A stretch of 32,000 bases of DNA from Nostoc punctiforme PCC 73102 (GCF_000020025.1 NC_010628.1:1290001-1322000), one strand, 5' to 3'. Counted from the first letter of the stretch, positions 17,995-27,500 are shown. Translations and numbers: made by a program. The notes: generated by a model from the sequence alone, not told the origin.

Positions 17995-20173
17995 GAATGT
18001 CGTGATTTGAACGTAGATTGGTATCAGCCCAAGAACATATTAAACCTTCCGAGCCTGGGTCAATTAATTGTTCGGGTGATGGTTGTCGTCGCCAATTTTC
18101 TCCTTGCTTGCGGATGGGAAACAACAGGACGGGGCCTAAATGACGCACGCCTGGGGTTTGTTGCAATAATGCGACAATATCTGATGTATAAACGGGTCGA
18201 CCAAATGGCCAACCTTTGCCGTCCATTCCTCCAGTTAATGGATTTAAATATTTATACAGTGATACCCTTAAATTCCGGCGAATTTCTTCTCTGGCAAAAG
18301 GATTATCATAAGCAGGTTCTAAAGCAATTTCTGTCTGTACAGAAACACCTACGTAATTCGGTTCTTGTAATTCTATTTGTACCCCTAGTAACCGTCTTTC
18401 ATCTAAGTAACTCATAATTTGCTCTTGCAGGGCATTACTAAGAGCAAAATTTTCTGGTGTCATGCCATTACCTTGCGCGATCGCATCTGTATTTGCATAA
18501 GGTACTACCAGTAAACTAACTATACCAGCTTGTCTACGAGAATTTGCTGCTAAACATCGGACGCGCGCGATCGCACCTGCACCCGCCTGTTGAGTCAAAA
18601 CTTCAAAATCTTCCGCAGTGACGGCGCGATCGCGCGTGCGGAGGATGCGGGGAGCCTTGATCACAGCCTGTTCCAGAGACTCGGCATCCGCACCATTGAT
18701 TGCTGGTACACGATTGACCACACTAGCAATGTATGGATACGCAGATTTCAAAAACTGAATTGCCCCAGTTTGCACATTGCCTTCCCTACCGCCACCTGTA
18801 CGATAAGCAACCATTTTAATCTCTGCACCACGGGGAGGAATTGCCCCATATTGGTGTTCCGACTGGTTATTTTCTAGAACTTGTACAGATGTGTTATCTA
18901 GCGATGGTTCTTGAATTCGCGATCGCATCTGGGTATGCTGTTTAAGTTGGCTAGGTTCCCGAATCAGCGGCCCAAACTGGATTGTCCCAGCGATCGAATC
19001 GATGGTGTAATGAAAGTTATGTGGCCCAGAATCAGCAAAATCTCTCACCTCAATCCACTTTTGAGGCAAACCACCACTGGGAGTAACTAAAATATACTCA
19101 TTTTCTCGGCGTTCTAAAATTGGTACTGTTTGTAACTGGAAACTCTGACCGGGCGTACCATCACTAATTCCCAATCGCTCATCTAAAATCAGCGTACTGT
19201 GACTAGCCCTAACAGTACCGCCAATTGACCGCGCTGCTAAACCAATAATTCTTGGTGGACGATTGTAACCAGTTTCATTGGCTTCTGTAGAAACAAAGCT
19301 ACAGCGCAACCAACGACCTCGATAAGAGGTAAAATTCGCCACAGGCCAAATTTGAGGTAAATGTAAACGTACCTCTGCACCTTGAGATGGGTTTCCACCC
19401 TGTTGGGCCATTTCATAAAAACTGAACCCACGAGTTTTATCATCTGACTCTTGCAATAAAACTGCTTGCCAATTTTCCCCATCCCAGGCTTCCCACTTGC
19501 GGGGTGGTTGATTAGGGTTAATACCAGCAGGTGTAGCCGCAGCTCCTTGGAAAATAATTTCTAAAACATTAGCATCTAAAGGAGCGTCAGAATTAATTGC
19601 TAAATAAAAGCAGTTACCAGGCTGGGGTTCCTCTTCAAATATCGGTTGTTCATTACCTGTCCAGAAACCGTTAGATTGACGAGTCCATGAAGTTGTAACT
19701 CTTTCGCGCAGAGATTGGGGAATATCTTCGGTAGTTTGGGCAGTTAAGAAGTGTTGGATGCGGGGATTGCCGATAATTAGAGGATAATCTGTGCTGAAGG
19801 TAATAGCTTCTGTAGTTTCAGTGCGAATAGTTGAGGCTTCTAATCCTGCGGGAATAGTGTAGGCTTCGGGTAATGCAGCGCTTAAATAAAAAGTTAATTC
19901 CGTGCGGGCTGGGGCGGGAGGCTGGAGACGAATACCCAGTAATTCTAGGAAAGCGACATAATTTTTGCGAGGTACTTGGTTAAATCTGAGCAACATTTGG
20001 TCAGTCAACCAAGCAAATAACTCAATTAGCGTAATTCCTGGGTCGCTGAGGTTGTGGTCAGTCCATTCGGGACAGTAGCGGGGAATACGCATAATACATT
20101 CTTCCACCAAATCATCGAAGGCGCGATCGTCTAAGTTGGAAGAAGGTAATTTCGGTAAAAAATCAAAGTTCAT
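17975..20173 (-). CDS. Baseplate protein, gpJ / T4 gp6 / Afp11-like
   Basis: 732-aa ORF with ATG at 20173. N-terminal pattern FDDLVEECIMRIPRYCPEWTDHNLSDPGITLIELFAW is typical of baseplate J-like proteins, as are the size and the position after gp25. Confidence 0.85.
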   Translation of the reverse strand: MNFDFLPKLPSSNLDDRAFDDLVEECIMRIPRYCPEWTDHNLSDPGITLIELFAWLTDQMLLRFNQVPRKNYVAFLELLGIRLQPPAPARTELTFYLSAALPEAYTIPAGLEASTIRTETTEAITFSTDYPLIIGNPRIQHFLTAQTTEDIPQSLRERVTTSWTRQSNGFWTGNEQPIFEEEPQPGNCFYLAINSDAPLDANVLEIIFQGAAATPAGINPNQPPRKWEAWDGENWQAVLLQESDDKTRGFSFYEMAQQGGNPSQGAEVRLHLPQIWPVANFTSYRGRWLRCSFVSTEANETGYNRPPRIIGLAARSIGGTVRASHSTLILDERLGISDGTPGQSFQLQTVPILERRENEYILVTPSGGLPQKWIEVRDFADSGPHNFHYTIDSIAGTIQFGPLIREPSQLKQHTQMRSRIQEPSLDNTSVQVLENNQSEHQYGAIPPRGAEIKMVAYRTGGGREGNVQTGAIQFLKSAYPYIASVVNRVPAINGADAESLEQAVIKAPRILRTRDRAVTAEDFEVLTQQAGAGAIARVRCLAANSRRQAGIVSLLVVPYANTDAIAQGNGMTPENFALSNALQEQIMSYLDERRLLGVQIELQEPNYVGVSVQTEIALEPAYDNPFAREEIRRNLRVSLYKYLNPLTGGMDGKGWPFGRPVYTSDIVALLQQTPGVRHLGPVLLFPIRKQGENWRRQPSPEQLIDPGSEGLICSWADTNLRSNHDIQIIRNS

Positions 20174-20234
20174 ACCAATTTAAAAAAGATTGTGACAGAT
20201 ACAAGCCTAGAAACCCAGAGAAAATTCAGCTTTC

Positions 20235-20269
20235 TTAATTTTTAATTTTCAATTTTTAATTTTTAATTC
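20235..20269. repeat. Heptamer repeat TTAATTT x5
   Basis: ttaattt ttaattt tcaattt ttaattt ttaattc, between the gp25-like and gpJ-like genes. Confidence 0.7.
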
Positions 20270-20272
20270 GTA

Positions 20273-20695
20273 TCACGATTCCTCCCCAGCTGAAACCAAA
20301 TAATAAGGATAAACAAAACTATAAATATCGGGGCCGTCTTTGAGTCGATAATTGATAATGATGTCCACTCTGCCACGCACAGGGTCAGGATCGGTGACAA
20401 CTTCATCGATAGTAATGCGTGGTTCCCAAACTTCTAAAGCTTCCAAGACATAAAGACGGATTCGCAGTAGGGTATCGCTATTTAAAGGTGCAAACGCCAG
20501 TTCCGACAAGCGCGAACCAAAGGTAGGTCGATAAACCCGCTCACCTACTCCCGTGCGAAGGATAATCCAAATAGATTCCTTAACTTTTTGATCTTCACGG
20601 CTAAGTTGTATCCCACCTTGCACACTTAAATGCAGTGGATAAGCCCAACCTGTTCCCAAATAGGCTCGTTCACGACCGTAAACCATATCTGGCAC
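20273..20695 (-). CDS. Baseplate wedge protein, GPW/gp25 (Afp9-like)
   Basis: 140-aa ORF with GTG at 20695 (alternative ATG at 20686). GTGWAYPL...ESIWIILRTGVGERVYRPTFGSRL...LEALEVWEPRI is the gp25-like signature. Confidence 0.9.
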   Translation of the reverse strand: MPDMVYGRERAYLGTGWAYPLHLSVQGGIQLSREDQKVKESIWIILRTGVGERVYRPTFGSRLSELAFAPLNSDTLLRIRLYVLEALEVWEPRITIDEVVTDPDPVRGRVDIIINYRLKDGPDIYSFVYPYYLVSAGEES

Positions 20696-20712
20696 TTAGA
20701 CAGTTGTACATG

Positions 20713-20730
20713 GATATCTTCAAAGATATC
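20713..20730. promoter_or_regulatory. Perfect palindrome just upstream of the gp25-like gene
   Basis: gatatctt-ca-aagatatc, 18 nt upstream of the GTG at 20695 on the minus strand. Confidence 0.35.
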
Positions 20731-20867
20731 GGCACAGAGGGTTTAAGCCTATTCGCCAAAGGTCGAGGATGAAGAAGCGGGGGGCAGGGGAGCAGAGGGG
20801 CAGGAGGCTTTTCCGATTTTTGCACAGATGGGGTAATCATAAGTGATTAACCGGACTTGATATGAGA

Positions 20868-20930
20868 TGGATGAACGGAGTTCTGAGGTGGATGAACGGA
20901 GTTCTGAGGTGGATGAACGGAGTTCTGATA
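20868..20930. repeat. Three tandem copies of a 21-bp unit
   Basis: tggatgaacggagttctgagg x2 are identical; the third copy ends ...ctgata. Lies 44 nt upstream of the plus-strand YdhR-like gene. Confidence 0.9.
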
Positions 20931-20973
20931 TTATGTCCGCATAATTACAGAAAAATTCAAGATAGGAGCAAAA

Positions 20974-21300
20974 ATGCCAGTGAGTAAAGTATTTCTATAC
21001 GCCGAGTATCAAGTGTCTATTCCTTTTAGTCAGATTGATTGGAAATCAGCTAATGTAGAAATGAAAAAGTTTCCCGGATTGAAATCCAAAACTTGGTTAA
21101 GTGCTTTGAACACCAACACTGTTGGTGGTTTTTATGAATTTGATTCTGTAGAGAATGCACAAAATTATATTGATGGCATTTTGATTCCATTCGCTAAACA
21201 AGTCAATGGAAATCTCACTGTAAAGCTTTTCGATGGTGATATAACCAAAGAAGCTAGCACAGGTATGAGTTCTCCTTTCTATCCGGCAGAATCTAAATGA
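20974..21300 (+). CDS. YdhR-like small alpha/beta-barrel (putative monooxygenase-family) protein, opposite strand to the tail operon
   Basis: 108-aa ORF with ATG at 20974 preceded by AGGAG. PGLKSKTWLSALNTNTVGGFYEFDSVENAQNYID and TVKLFDGD align by eye with E. coli YdhR (PGFLWKVW...AGGIYLF...ALAYLE, AKVFDVN). Confidence 0.55.
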   Translation: MPVSKVFLYAEYQVSIPFSQIDWKSANVEMKKFPGLKSKTWLSALNTNTVGGFYEFDSVENAQNYIDGILIPFAKQVNGNLTVKLFDGDITKEASTGMSSPFYPAESK

Positions 21301-21366
21301 TTGTCCATCCCACACGCCAATTTCAAAAAGCCAAACGAGCCAAGGATGGTGGTATCCTTCATCTGG

Positions 21367-21420
21367 GATAAGAGCTTTTATGCGCTGACCTGCGAGGAGA
21401 TTGCATAAACCGCTCTTATC
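21367..21420. other. Extended hairpin between convergent genes
   Basis: gataagagc (21367-21375) / gctcttatc (21412-21420) form a perfect 9-bp stem, with an inner ttatgc/gcataa pairing. No U-tract on either strand. Confidence 0.4.
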
Positions 21421-21524
21421 GCTATACGGTTCAATCTAAGGATGCGATCGATCGAGCGGATATGATATGAGACTGATGAGTAAAGTTGCAACTCTACCCT
21501 CCCCAATTTCCTCTACTTCTCCAA

Positions 21525-22022
21525 TCAGCCGCCAATCAAAACGGTAAAATCACCTTTGATAATTTTATTCGGTGGCCCTAATGCTTCTAAAACAGTGTCG
21601 CCCATGCGAGAGGCAGGTAGATTGTTAATCAGCACTGTCTGACTACCGTCAATCACAACCCCAGGGCCGTGAGGAGGGAGGGGTAAAGGTGTGGCGCAAT
21701 TATGAATATCAGCTCCTGCTGCTGCTGCTGCGATCGCACTACCCATAGTAGCTGCTGATGTTGCCTTTGTAGTTTGTTCGGTGGCTAAAGCAGCAGGTGC
21801 GCCTGGTGTACCTGCTGCCGCTAGGGTAGCAGCCTCAGCCACTTGGATAGCCGTATCTGAAATTTGTTTGGCGGATTGCAAAGCTGGTACTGCTGCTGCA
21901 AGCACGCCCCGCCACGCAGGTAAAGACCCAATCAACACATTGGGACTACCCGGCCCCCCTGTTAAGACTGGGGGTAATGGATGCGCCACATTATCAGTAA
22001 TTCTTGCTGCTGGTTTACCCAT
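21525..22022 (-). CDS. PAAR-domain spike-tip protein with Ala-rich central insertion (Afp10-like)
   Basis: ATG at 22022 preceded by AGGAGG at a 5-nt spacing (the track adds a GTG codon). GKPAARITDN motif, then ...HNCATPLPLPPHGPGVVIDGSQTVLINNLPASRMGD. An Ala-rich stretch of about 70 aa lies in between. Confidence 0.85.
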   Translation of the reverse strand: MGKPAARITDNVAHPLPPVLTGGPGSPNVLIGSLPAWRGVLAAAVPALQSAKQISDTAIQVAEAATLAAAGTPGAPAALATEQTTKATSAATMGSAIAAAAAGADIHNCATPLPLPPHGPGVVIDGSQTVLINNLPASRMGDTVLEALGPPNKIIKGDFTVLIGG

Positions 22023-22041
22023 CACAACCTCCTATTGTGTT

Positions 22042-22127
22042 AATTACGAATTACGTTAGCGTAGCGGTAGCGAGTCCGCGTTCGCTTTTAGCGTCTCGTA
22101 GAGAGCGTCATTACGAATTACGAATTA
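22042..22127. repeat. AATTACG heptamer repeats flanking a ~54-nt dispersed element
   Basis: aattacgaattacg (22042-22055), then ttagcgtagcggtagcgagtccgcgttcgcttttagcgtctcgtagagagcgtc, then attacgaattacgaatta (22110-22127). The core is shared with 13648-13691. Confidence 0.65.
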
Positions 22128-23858
22128 ATTAAGGCGAATCATCGCACCTTTAACTGTAATCACTCCGTTGGCTGTAATGTCTATATTGCCAGCCGCATCT
22201 AATGACATATTACCTGTTGATTTCACTGAAACAGATTTAGCCATGTCGTCCATTTTGATTTTATGACCGCCTTTGGTTTCAATCTCTATGCAGCTTTGAC
22301 TATCATTAAGATATATTTTATGACCGTCTTTAGTTTCTACGCGAATACCTGTTTTACTAGTTCCTTTATCCTCTTCGACAAACTGTAGAACATGACCTAC
22401 ACGAGTTTTAATGGTGCGTAATCTTACACCGCTTGCAACTGAATCACTTACCCTTTCCGGTGGTGCATCCTTGCCGTTCCATACCCCACCAATGACGTAG
22501 GGACGGTGGATATCGCCATGCTCAAAACCTACCAAAACTTCATCGTTTACCTCTGGTAAACAGTCGAAACCTCTGTTATTCCCTGCTCCCACAGCTACAA
22601 CTCTCGCCCAGTCACTTGTATGGTCTTCTGTAAGAGTGGGAAACTTGACTTTCACTCTGCCCATTTTCTCTGGGTCTTTATTATCAGTCACAATTCCGAC
22701 TAATAAAGTCTCAGATGGCTGTAGACGTTTTTCTGGGGATAGAGTTGTGAATAAGTTACCAGAACGGAGTCCCCGCACGCTGAAATCAGTTTCATAAACG
22801 CGCTGATTAAAGAAATGGCGGGTTTCTGTAACATAATACTTACCACTATAGCGATCGCCCATACCCTCAAGACTAATAACCCGTCCAGGACGAATCTCAG
22901 GATTCCCTTCTGCTTTGGCATCTGCGTAAACAAATTCTCCTCCTAGTTCATCACACAAAGCCTGAGCCATCGTATCTGCTTGTTTTTTGCTGGCAACAGG
23001 TTTATCTACAACAATCATTTTAGGAGACTTAAGATTAGAAAATGCATTACTCGTACTACTTCCTAGCTTATTACCTGTCTCAGTTGTTTGCTTCTCTTTG
23101 TTAGCTGTTCCACTAATCAATTTTTTCTGGGTATAGTCCCAGGCTCGTACTTCTACAGAACTTATCTGTTCAGCACTAGTAACACGAGTACTAAATTTAT
23201 TAATATCAACTAGCCATTTTAATGATAAAGCTCCCTGAGTTTTTGGTTTGCAAAAATTGAGTTTTTCTTCGGTAATAAATAACTCAAAACCAATGCGAGC
23301 AGCCCTTTCTCGCAAAAATTCCATATTAGTTTGATTTTCTTGAAAGACATACTTATGAACTTCACCAGTTTGCTCTATATTGCCAGGTTTTATACCTACT
23401 TCTTTAATTATTTTATTGACTATACCGCTATCAGTTTCATTTAGAAAAGAACGATTATAACGACCTCTATGCAGACGATGAGAAATATCATAACCGCGAA
23501 CAATTATATCAGCTTCAGATTTTTCATTAAAGTGAACTTCCATCGCTGTAATTTCGCCTTCAATAATGAATTCCCCTACCTCTTCTTGAAAATTATTATC
23601 TAGAGTAGTACTTGAAGTAAAACCTAACTTCACTTTTTTACCAATCTTAAACAACTGATCGTGTCGCCAAGCCTTATTTTCTGCTCGATCAGATGTGGGA
23701 ATATAGCTATTATGGATTACTAGCGTAAACATTGCTGGTAAATGAAGGCTTTCTTCTATTGTGATTTGCAACAAATCCTTCATTAATTCAGGCGAAGCAG
23801 GTTGTCCATCTACCTGTATTTTAGGTTCGCTTAAATAAAGGCTTTTTTTAGCAGGCAT
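22125..23858 (-). CDS. VgrG-like spike/hub protein (gpD-like N-domain + gp5 OB-fold + C-terminal beta-helix; Afp8-like)
   Basis: 577-aa ORF with ATG at 23858. VGIVTDNKDPEKMGRVKVKFP...DWARVV...LPEVNDEVLVGFEHGDIHRPYVIGGVWNG is the gp5/VgrG OB signature. The C-terminus has repetitive beta-strand units (ETKDGHKIYL / ETKGGHKIKM). Confidence 0.9.
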   Translation of the reverse strand: MPAKKSLYLSEPKIQVDGQPASPELMKDLLQITIEESLHLPAMFTLVIHNSYIPTSDRAENKAWRHDQLFKIGKKVKLGFTSSTTLDNNFQEEVGEFIIEGEITAMEVHFNEKSEADIIVRGYDISHRLHRGRYNRSFLNETDSGIVNKIIKEVGIKPGNIEQTGEVHKYVFQENQTNMEFLRERAARIGFELFITEEKLNFCKPKTQGALSLKWLVDINKFSTRVTSAEQISSVEVRAWDYTQKKLISGTANKEKQTTETGNKLGSSTSNAFSNLKSPKMIVVDKPVASKKQADTMAQALCDELGGEFVYADAKAEGNPEIRPGRVISLEGMGDRYSGKYYVTETRHFFNQRVYETDFSVRGLRSGNLFTTLSPEKRLQPSETLLVGIVTDNKDPEKMGRVKVKFPTLTEDHTSDWARVVAVGAGNNRGFDCLPEVNDEVLVGFEHGDIHRPYVIGGVWNGKDAPPERVSDSVASGVRLRTIKTRVGHVLQFVEEDKGTSKTGIRVETKDGHKIYLNDSQSCIEIETKGGHKIKMDDMAKSVSVKSTGNMSLDAAGNIDITANGVITVKGAMIRLN

Positions 23859-23938
23859 AACTATTATTTGATAATTTATAAAATGTTCAGAGCAGCCTTG
23901 AATGAAAAAGTAAATACTAATTTCTCACTTTATTTGTT

Positions 23939-24496
23939 TTACTTACTCAGTTTTTGACCCTTTTTATCTGTTGCACGAGCGTTGCCTTTAGAATCAGATT
24001 TACGTCCTCCAGGCAGGTTATTCTTATCTACTTCTTGCAAGGCTATATCTACCAGTGCCCTGACTGGTGTACCATCACTCAAAAACATATTTAAAGTGTA
24101 GGTTAAACTCGTGATTACACAATAAAAATACTCATCTCCCCAGGTAAATATATAAACAGGTGGTCGTTTGTCAGTTGCTTTAGTGATAGTTTCTACACCT
24201 TTCTTAATGTTATCTATGTACTTTTTTATCACCGACTCTTTCGTTTCATAAGTATCATAAAGTAACTGTTTAAGTGTAAATTTGTAAGGTTCAACGCCAG
24301 AAAAGTTTACTTTCGGAAGTAGAGTAGTTCCTCTATTGCCATCCTTACTTTCCCACTTAACAGTCCGAGCGAAACTAATATCTGTAGGATTAAACATTAA
24401 TTCAATATCTGGCGCTTCATTGTTATAAGCTACAAGCTTGGCTTTCTCAAGTTGGGGTTTAAGCTTTTGAATAACAATAATTGCTGGACTTGCCAT
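23939..24496 (-). CDS. CIS tube-initiator/baseplate-hub protein (Afp7/Pvc7-like N-domain, no LysM)
   Basis: 185-aa ORF with ATG at 24496 after AGGAGA. LEKAKLVAY...IELMFNPTDISFARTVKWES fits the 'LEKA.I ... F.FNP ... W' pattern I associate with Afp7-type tube-fold proteins. Sits between the tape-measure-like and spike genes. Confidence 0.6.
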   Translation of the reverse strand: MASPAIIVIQKLKPQLEKAKLVAYNNEAPDIELMFNPTDISFARTVKWESKDGNRGTTLLPKVNFSGVEPYKFTLKQLLYDTYETKESVIKKYIDNIKKGVETITKATDKRPPVYIFTWGDEYFYCVITSLTYTLNMFLSDGTPVRALVDIALQEVDKNNLPGGRKSDSKGNARATDKKGQKLSK

Positions 24497-24534
24497 TTGA
24501 ATATTTCTCCTAAAATTAATTATTTAATGAAAAT

Positions 24535-27500
24535 TTACCAAGGTAATCGACCTGAGTAACCACCATGACGCTCTCGTTCAATTTCTATCCGTTGTCGTAA
24601 TCTGTGATAAATTTCACGAGCTAGAGCTTCCAAATCAGCTGTATCATCTTTTTCATCTCCTGGAGAAGATGAGGATGCACTCTCTATGGTTTCAGTTATC
24701 GGTTGTATTTCTCTAGATATGTCGGGTGGAGTGACTTCTCCACCATTAGCAAAGCCTCTAGGTGAAGGAAGGTGTTTAGCAAAAACTTGTGGTGATTCGG
24801 AAACATGAGAAAATTCATAATTTTGACTGTTTGATTCCTCATCATTAAAATTAAAGCTAGAGAATTCATCATTATTTCCATTTAGTAAATCTTCCACACT
24901 TGACCATTGAGAAGGTGTATCTGACCATTGGGAAGGTGTGTGAGTGCTGGGATTTGCTTTTCGGAAAATCAGGGGAGGCGATGAGTATTGAGGTGAAGAT
25001 TCACCGACATCTATTGTTTCATTTTGAAGAGTATGAAGCTGGGGAGAATTGAGGATAGAAAGTTTCTGTTTGTTAATATTCAACCCCAAGGAAGAAGGAA
25101 TTAAAGAATTTGATATCTCAGGTGAATCAGTCTCAGCGCTTTTTAGCTGTAATGCAGTGTCTGGAAAAGAATCGACTTTAGTCGGAGTCTCTGGAGAAAT
25201 TGTTGCTTCCGGTTCTATGGGATTGGGTGTTTGTAAACTTGGAAGAATAATATCTTGCGGTGTTCCACCCGTGTTGATGTGATGTAGTAGGGGTAGATTT
25301 TTCTGTGCATCCCTGGTATTAATCACAAACTCCCCAGGCGTAAGCATTGCAGGTACTGTATCGGAGGGTGCTATTTGCTCGCGATTTTCAACACGTGAGT
25401 CTGTAACATGACCACCAGTAGCATAACCTTTAGGCGCGGGCAAATTTTCTGCGATCGCATTTTGTTCAACTTTAGGTGCTGTGCTTACCTCATCTTGTAG
25501 AGAAGTTGGGTTGTCTAGAATATCTGGATTATCCCAGGTATAAGCAAAGGTTGATATTTCAGGATTTTCTGATTCTACTGCTTGTTCATTATCAATAATT
25601 TCCCTAAAAATACTTGTTTTCTCAACAATTTCAGGCGATGTGGCGCTAACTACCAATGCTTCATCAATTTCAGGTGATGTGGCGGTAACTGTTGGTGTTT
25701 CAGTAATCTCAGGCGAATTGGTGCTAACTACCAATGCTTCATCAATTTCAGGCGATGTGGTGCTAACTACCAATGCTTCATCAATTTCAGGTGATGTGGC
25801 GGTAACTGTTGGTGTTTCAGTAATCTCAGGCGAATTGGTGCTAACTACCAATGCTTCATCAATTTCAGGTGATGTGGCGCTAATTGTTGGTGTTTCAGTA
25901 ATCTTAGGCGAATTGGTGCTAACTACCAATGCTTCATCAATTTCAGGTGATGTGGCGGTAACTGTTGGTGTTTCAGTAATCTCAGGCGAATTGGTGCTAA
26001 CTACCAATGCTTCATCAATTTCAGGGGAAATGGCGGTAACTGTTGGTGTTTCAGCAATTTCAGGCGAATTGGTGCTAACTACCAATGCTTCATCAATTTC
26101 AGGTGATGTGGCGCTAATTGTTGGTGTTTCAGTAATCTCAGGTGAATTGGTGCTAACTACCAATGCTTCATCAATTTCAGGTGATGTGGCGCTAACTGTT
26201 GGTGTTTCAGCAATTTCAGGTGATGTGGCGCTAATTGTTGGTGCTTCAGTAATCTCAGGTGCTGCTAAGATGGGTTGACTTTCTGTAAACTCGCTACTAA
26301 GATTTTGAACATTGCTATCACGTTGTAGTGAAGTCACATTTCCTGAGACATCTGAGACATTAAGCACCATCGCAGACTGTGATTCTGAAGTTACTAATTG
26401 TTCATCGCTATCAGGGTTGCTGAATAAACTAGGTGTGTGTTCAATAGCTGCTGAGGTAGGTGTTAACTGAACAGGCGTAATATCTGGAAACTCACTCGTA
26501 ACACTGGAATCAATTTCCTGACTTTTCACAGTATCTGTAAAACCTTTTTCCTGAAAGGACAGAGGCTTTAAATTCTCCCTATTATCTGGTAATAAAGGGG
26601 GGTGAGGGGTTAGATTTTGCGTTGCTTTTTTTACATTGTGTGAAAAGTCAGGATCAATTTCTTGTTGTACTGTAATAGGATTTTTTGCAACTGAAGACTC
26701 AGTATTAGGTGAAGTAAAATGCGTCTCTACGGTATTTTCATCATTCTCCAAAGCATGGAGTAAAGTAGGTGAATCATCAACCTCAGATGAAGTAGGTGCT
26801 GAAGATAAAGTTAAATAATTATCAGAGATAGCATTATTTGTAACAAAATTATTTGTGTTTTTTTCTGAATCAGAGACAGCATTATCTGTGACAAAATTAT
26901 TTTTGCTTTTTTCTGATATTAAGTCTGCTTCAATAGCTGTAATTTCCTCAAGTTTAGTATTAATATTTGGTGATTCTTCTTCCTGCAATAGAGAGTTTAA
27001 GGTTGGTAAAATCTCTTTTGCTTGGATTAAATTTCCTTTGATTAAATTTGTTCGACTTACGCTGCTTTTATTGTCAACTATAGAAGGGACTTGAACTGTT
27101 TGAATGTCTTGTTGTGGTGGCGTTTGGCTAACTGGTATACCTGAAAGGTTAAGTGATTCTGAGACTTCAGGGATTAGTTCTTCTTCACTATTTGTAAAGT
27201 TGCTATCCCCTATAAATATTTTTTCTGTATTTTTCTTAGAAGGAACTTCTATAGATGAAGTGTTGACTAATTCACTGGTTTCATCTTCTAATTCAATATT
27301 TTCTTCCGATGTTAAAGTATTTTCTGTTAAAGACAAATCTTTACTAGAGAAACTAGATATTAGCTCAGAAGTTTCTGACAGCTCATCGCTAGCATCGGTA
27401 GCAAAATTATCGAATAAAGTTGATTTGTCTTGAAAACTAGGTGAAGTATCTACGGTTGGGGTACTGACAGAACTACGATCCTTTGTAGTAGTGTCTAACA

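Noticed and set aside
20862-20990. Mini-ORFs across the 21-bp repeats (MDERSSEVDERSSEVDERSSDIMSA from 20867; a second frame MRWMNGVLRWMNGVL... from 20862)
   Set aside because: They are open only because of the repeat, very short, lack a ribosome-binding site, and two frames are equally open. It is more parsimonious to treat them as a DNA-level repeat.
21781-22059. 92-aa plus-strand ORF antisense to the PAAR gene
   Set aside because: It is an Ala-rich mirror frame of the GC-rich, Ala-rich PAAR insertion. The PAAR frame has clear family motifs and a strong AGGAGG ribosome-binding site.
25627-26268. Possible CRISPR array (regular repeats)
   Set aside because: The units are contiguous, with no unique spacers between them. 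They are in-frame inside a long ORF and encode a coherent 13-aa peptide repeat.
25640-26278. 212-aa plus-strand ORF (MALTTNASSISGDVAVTVGVS...)
   Set aside because: It is the antisense shadow of the 39-bp tandem array inside the 1200-aa minus-strand gene. It stays open only because the repeat lacks stops in that frame.
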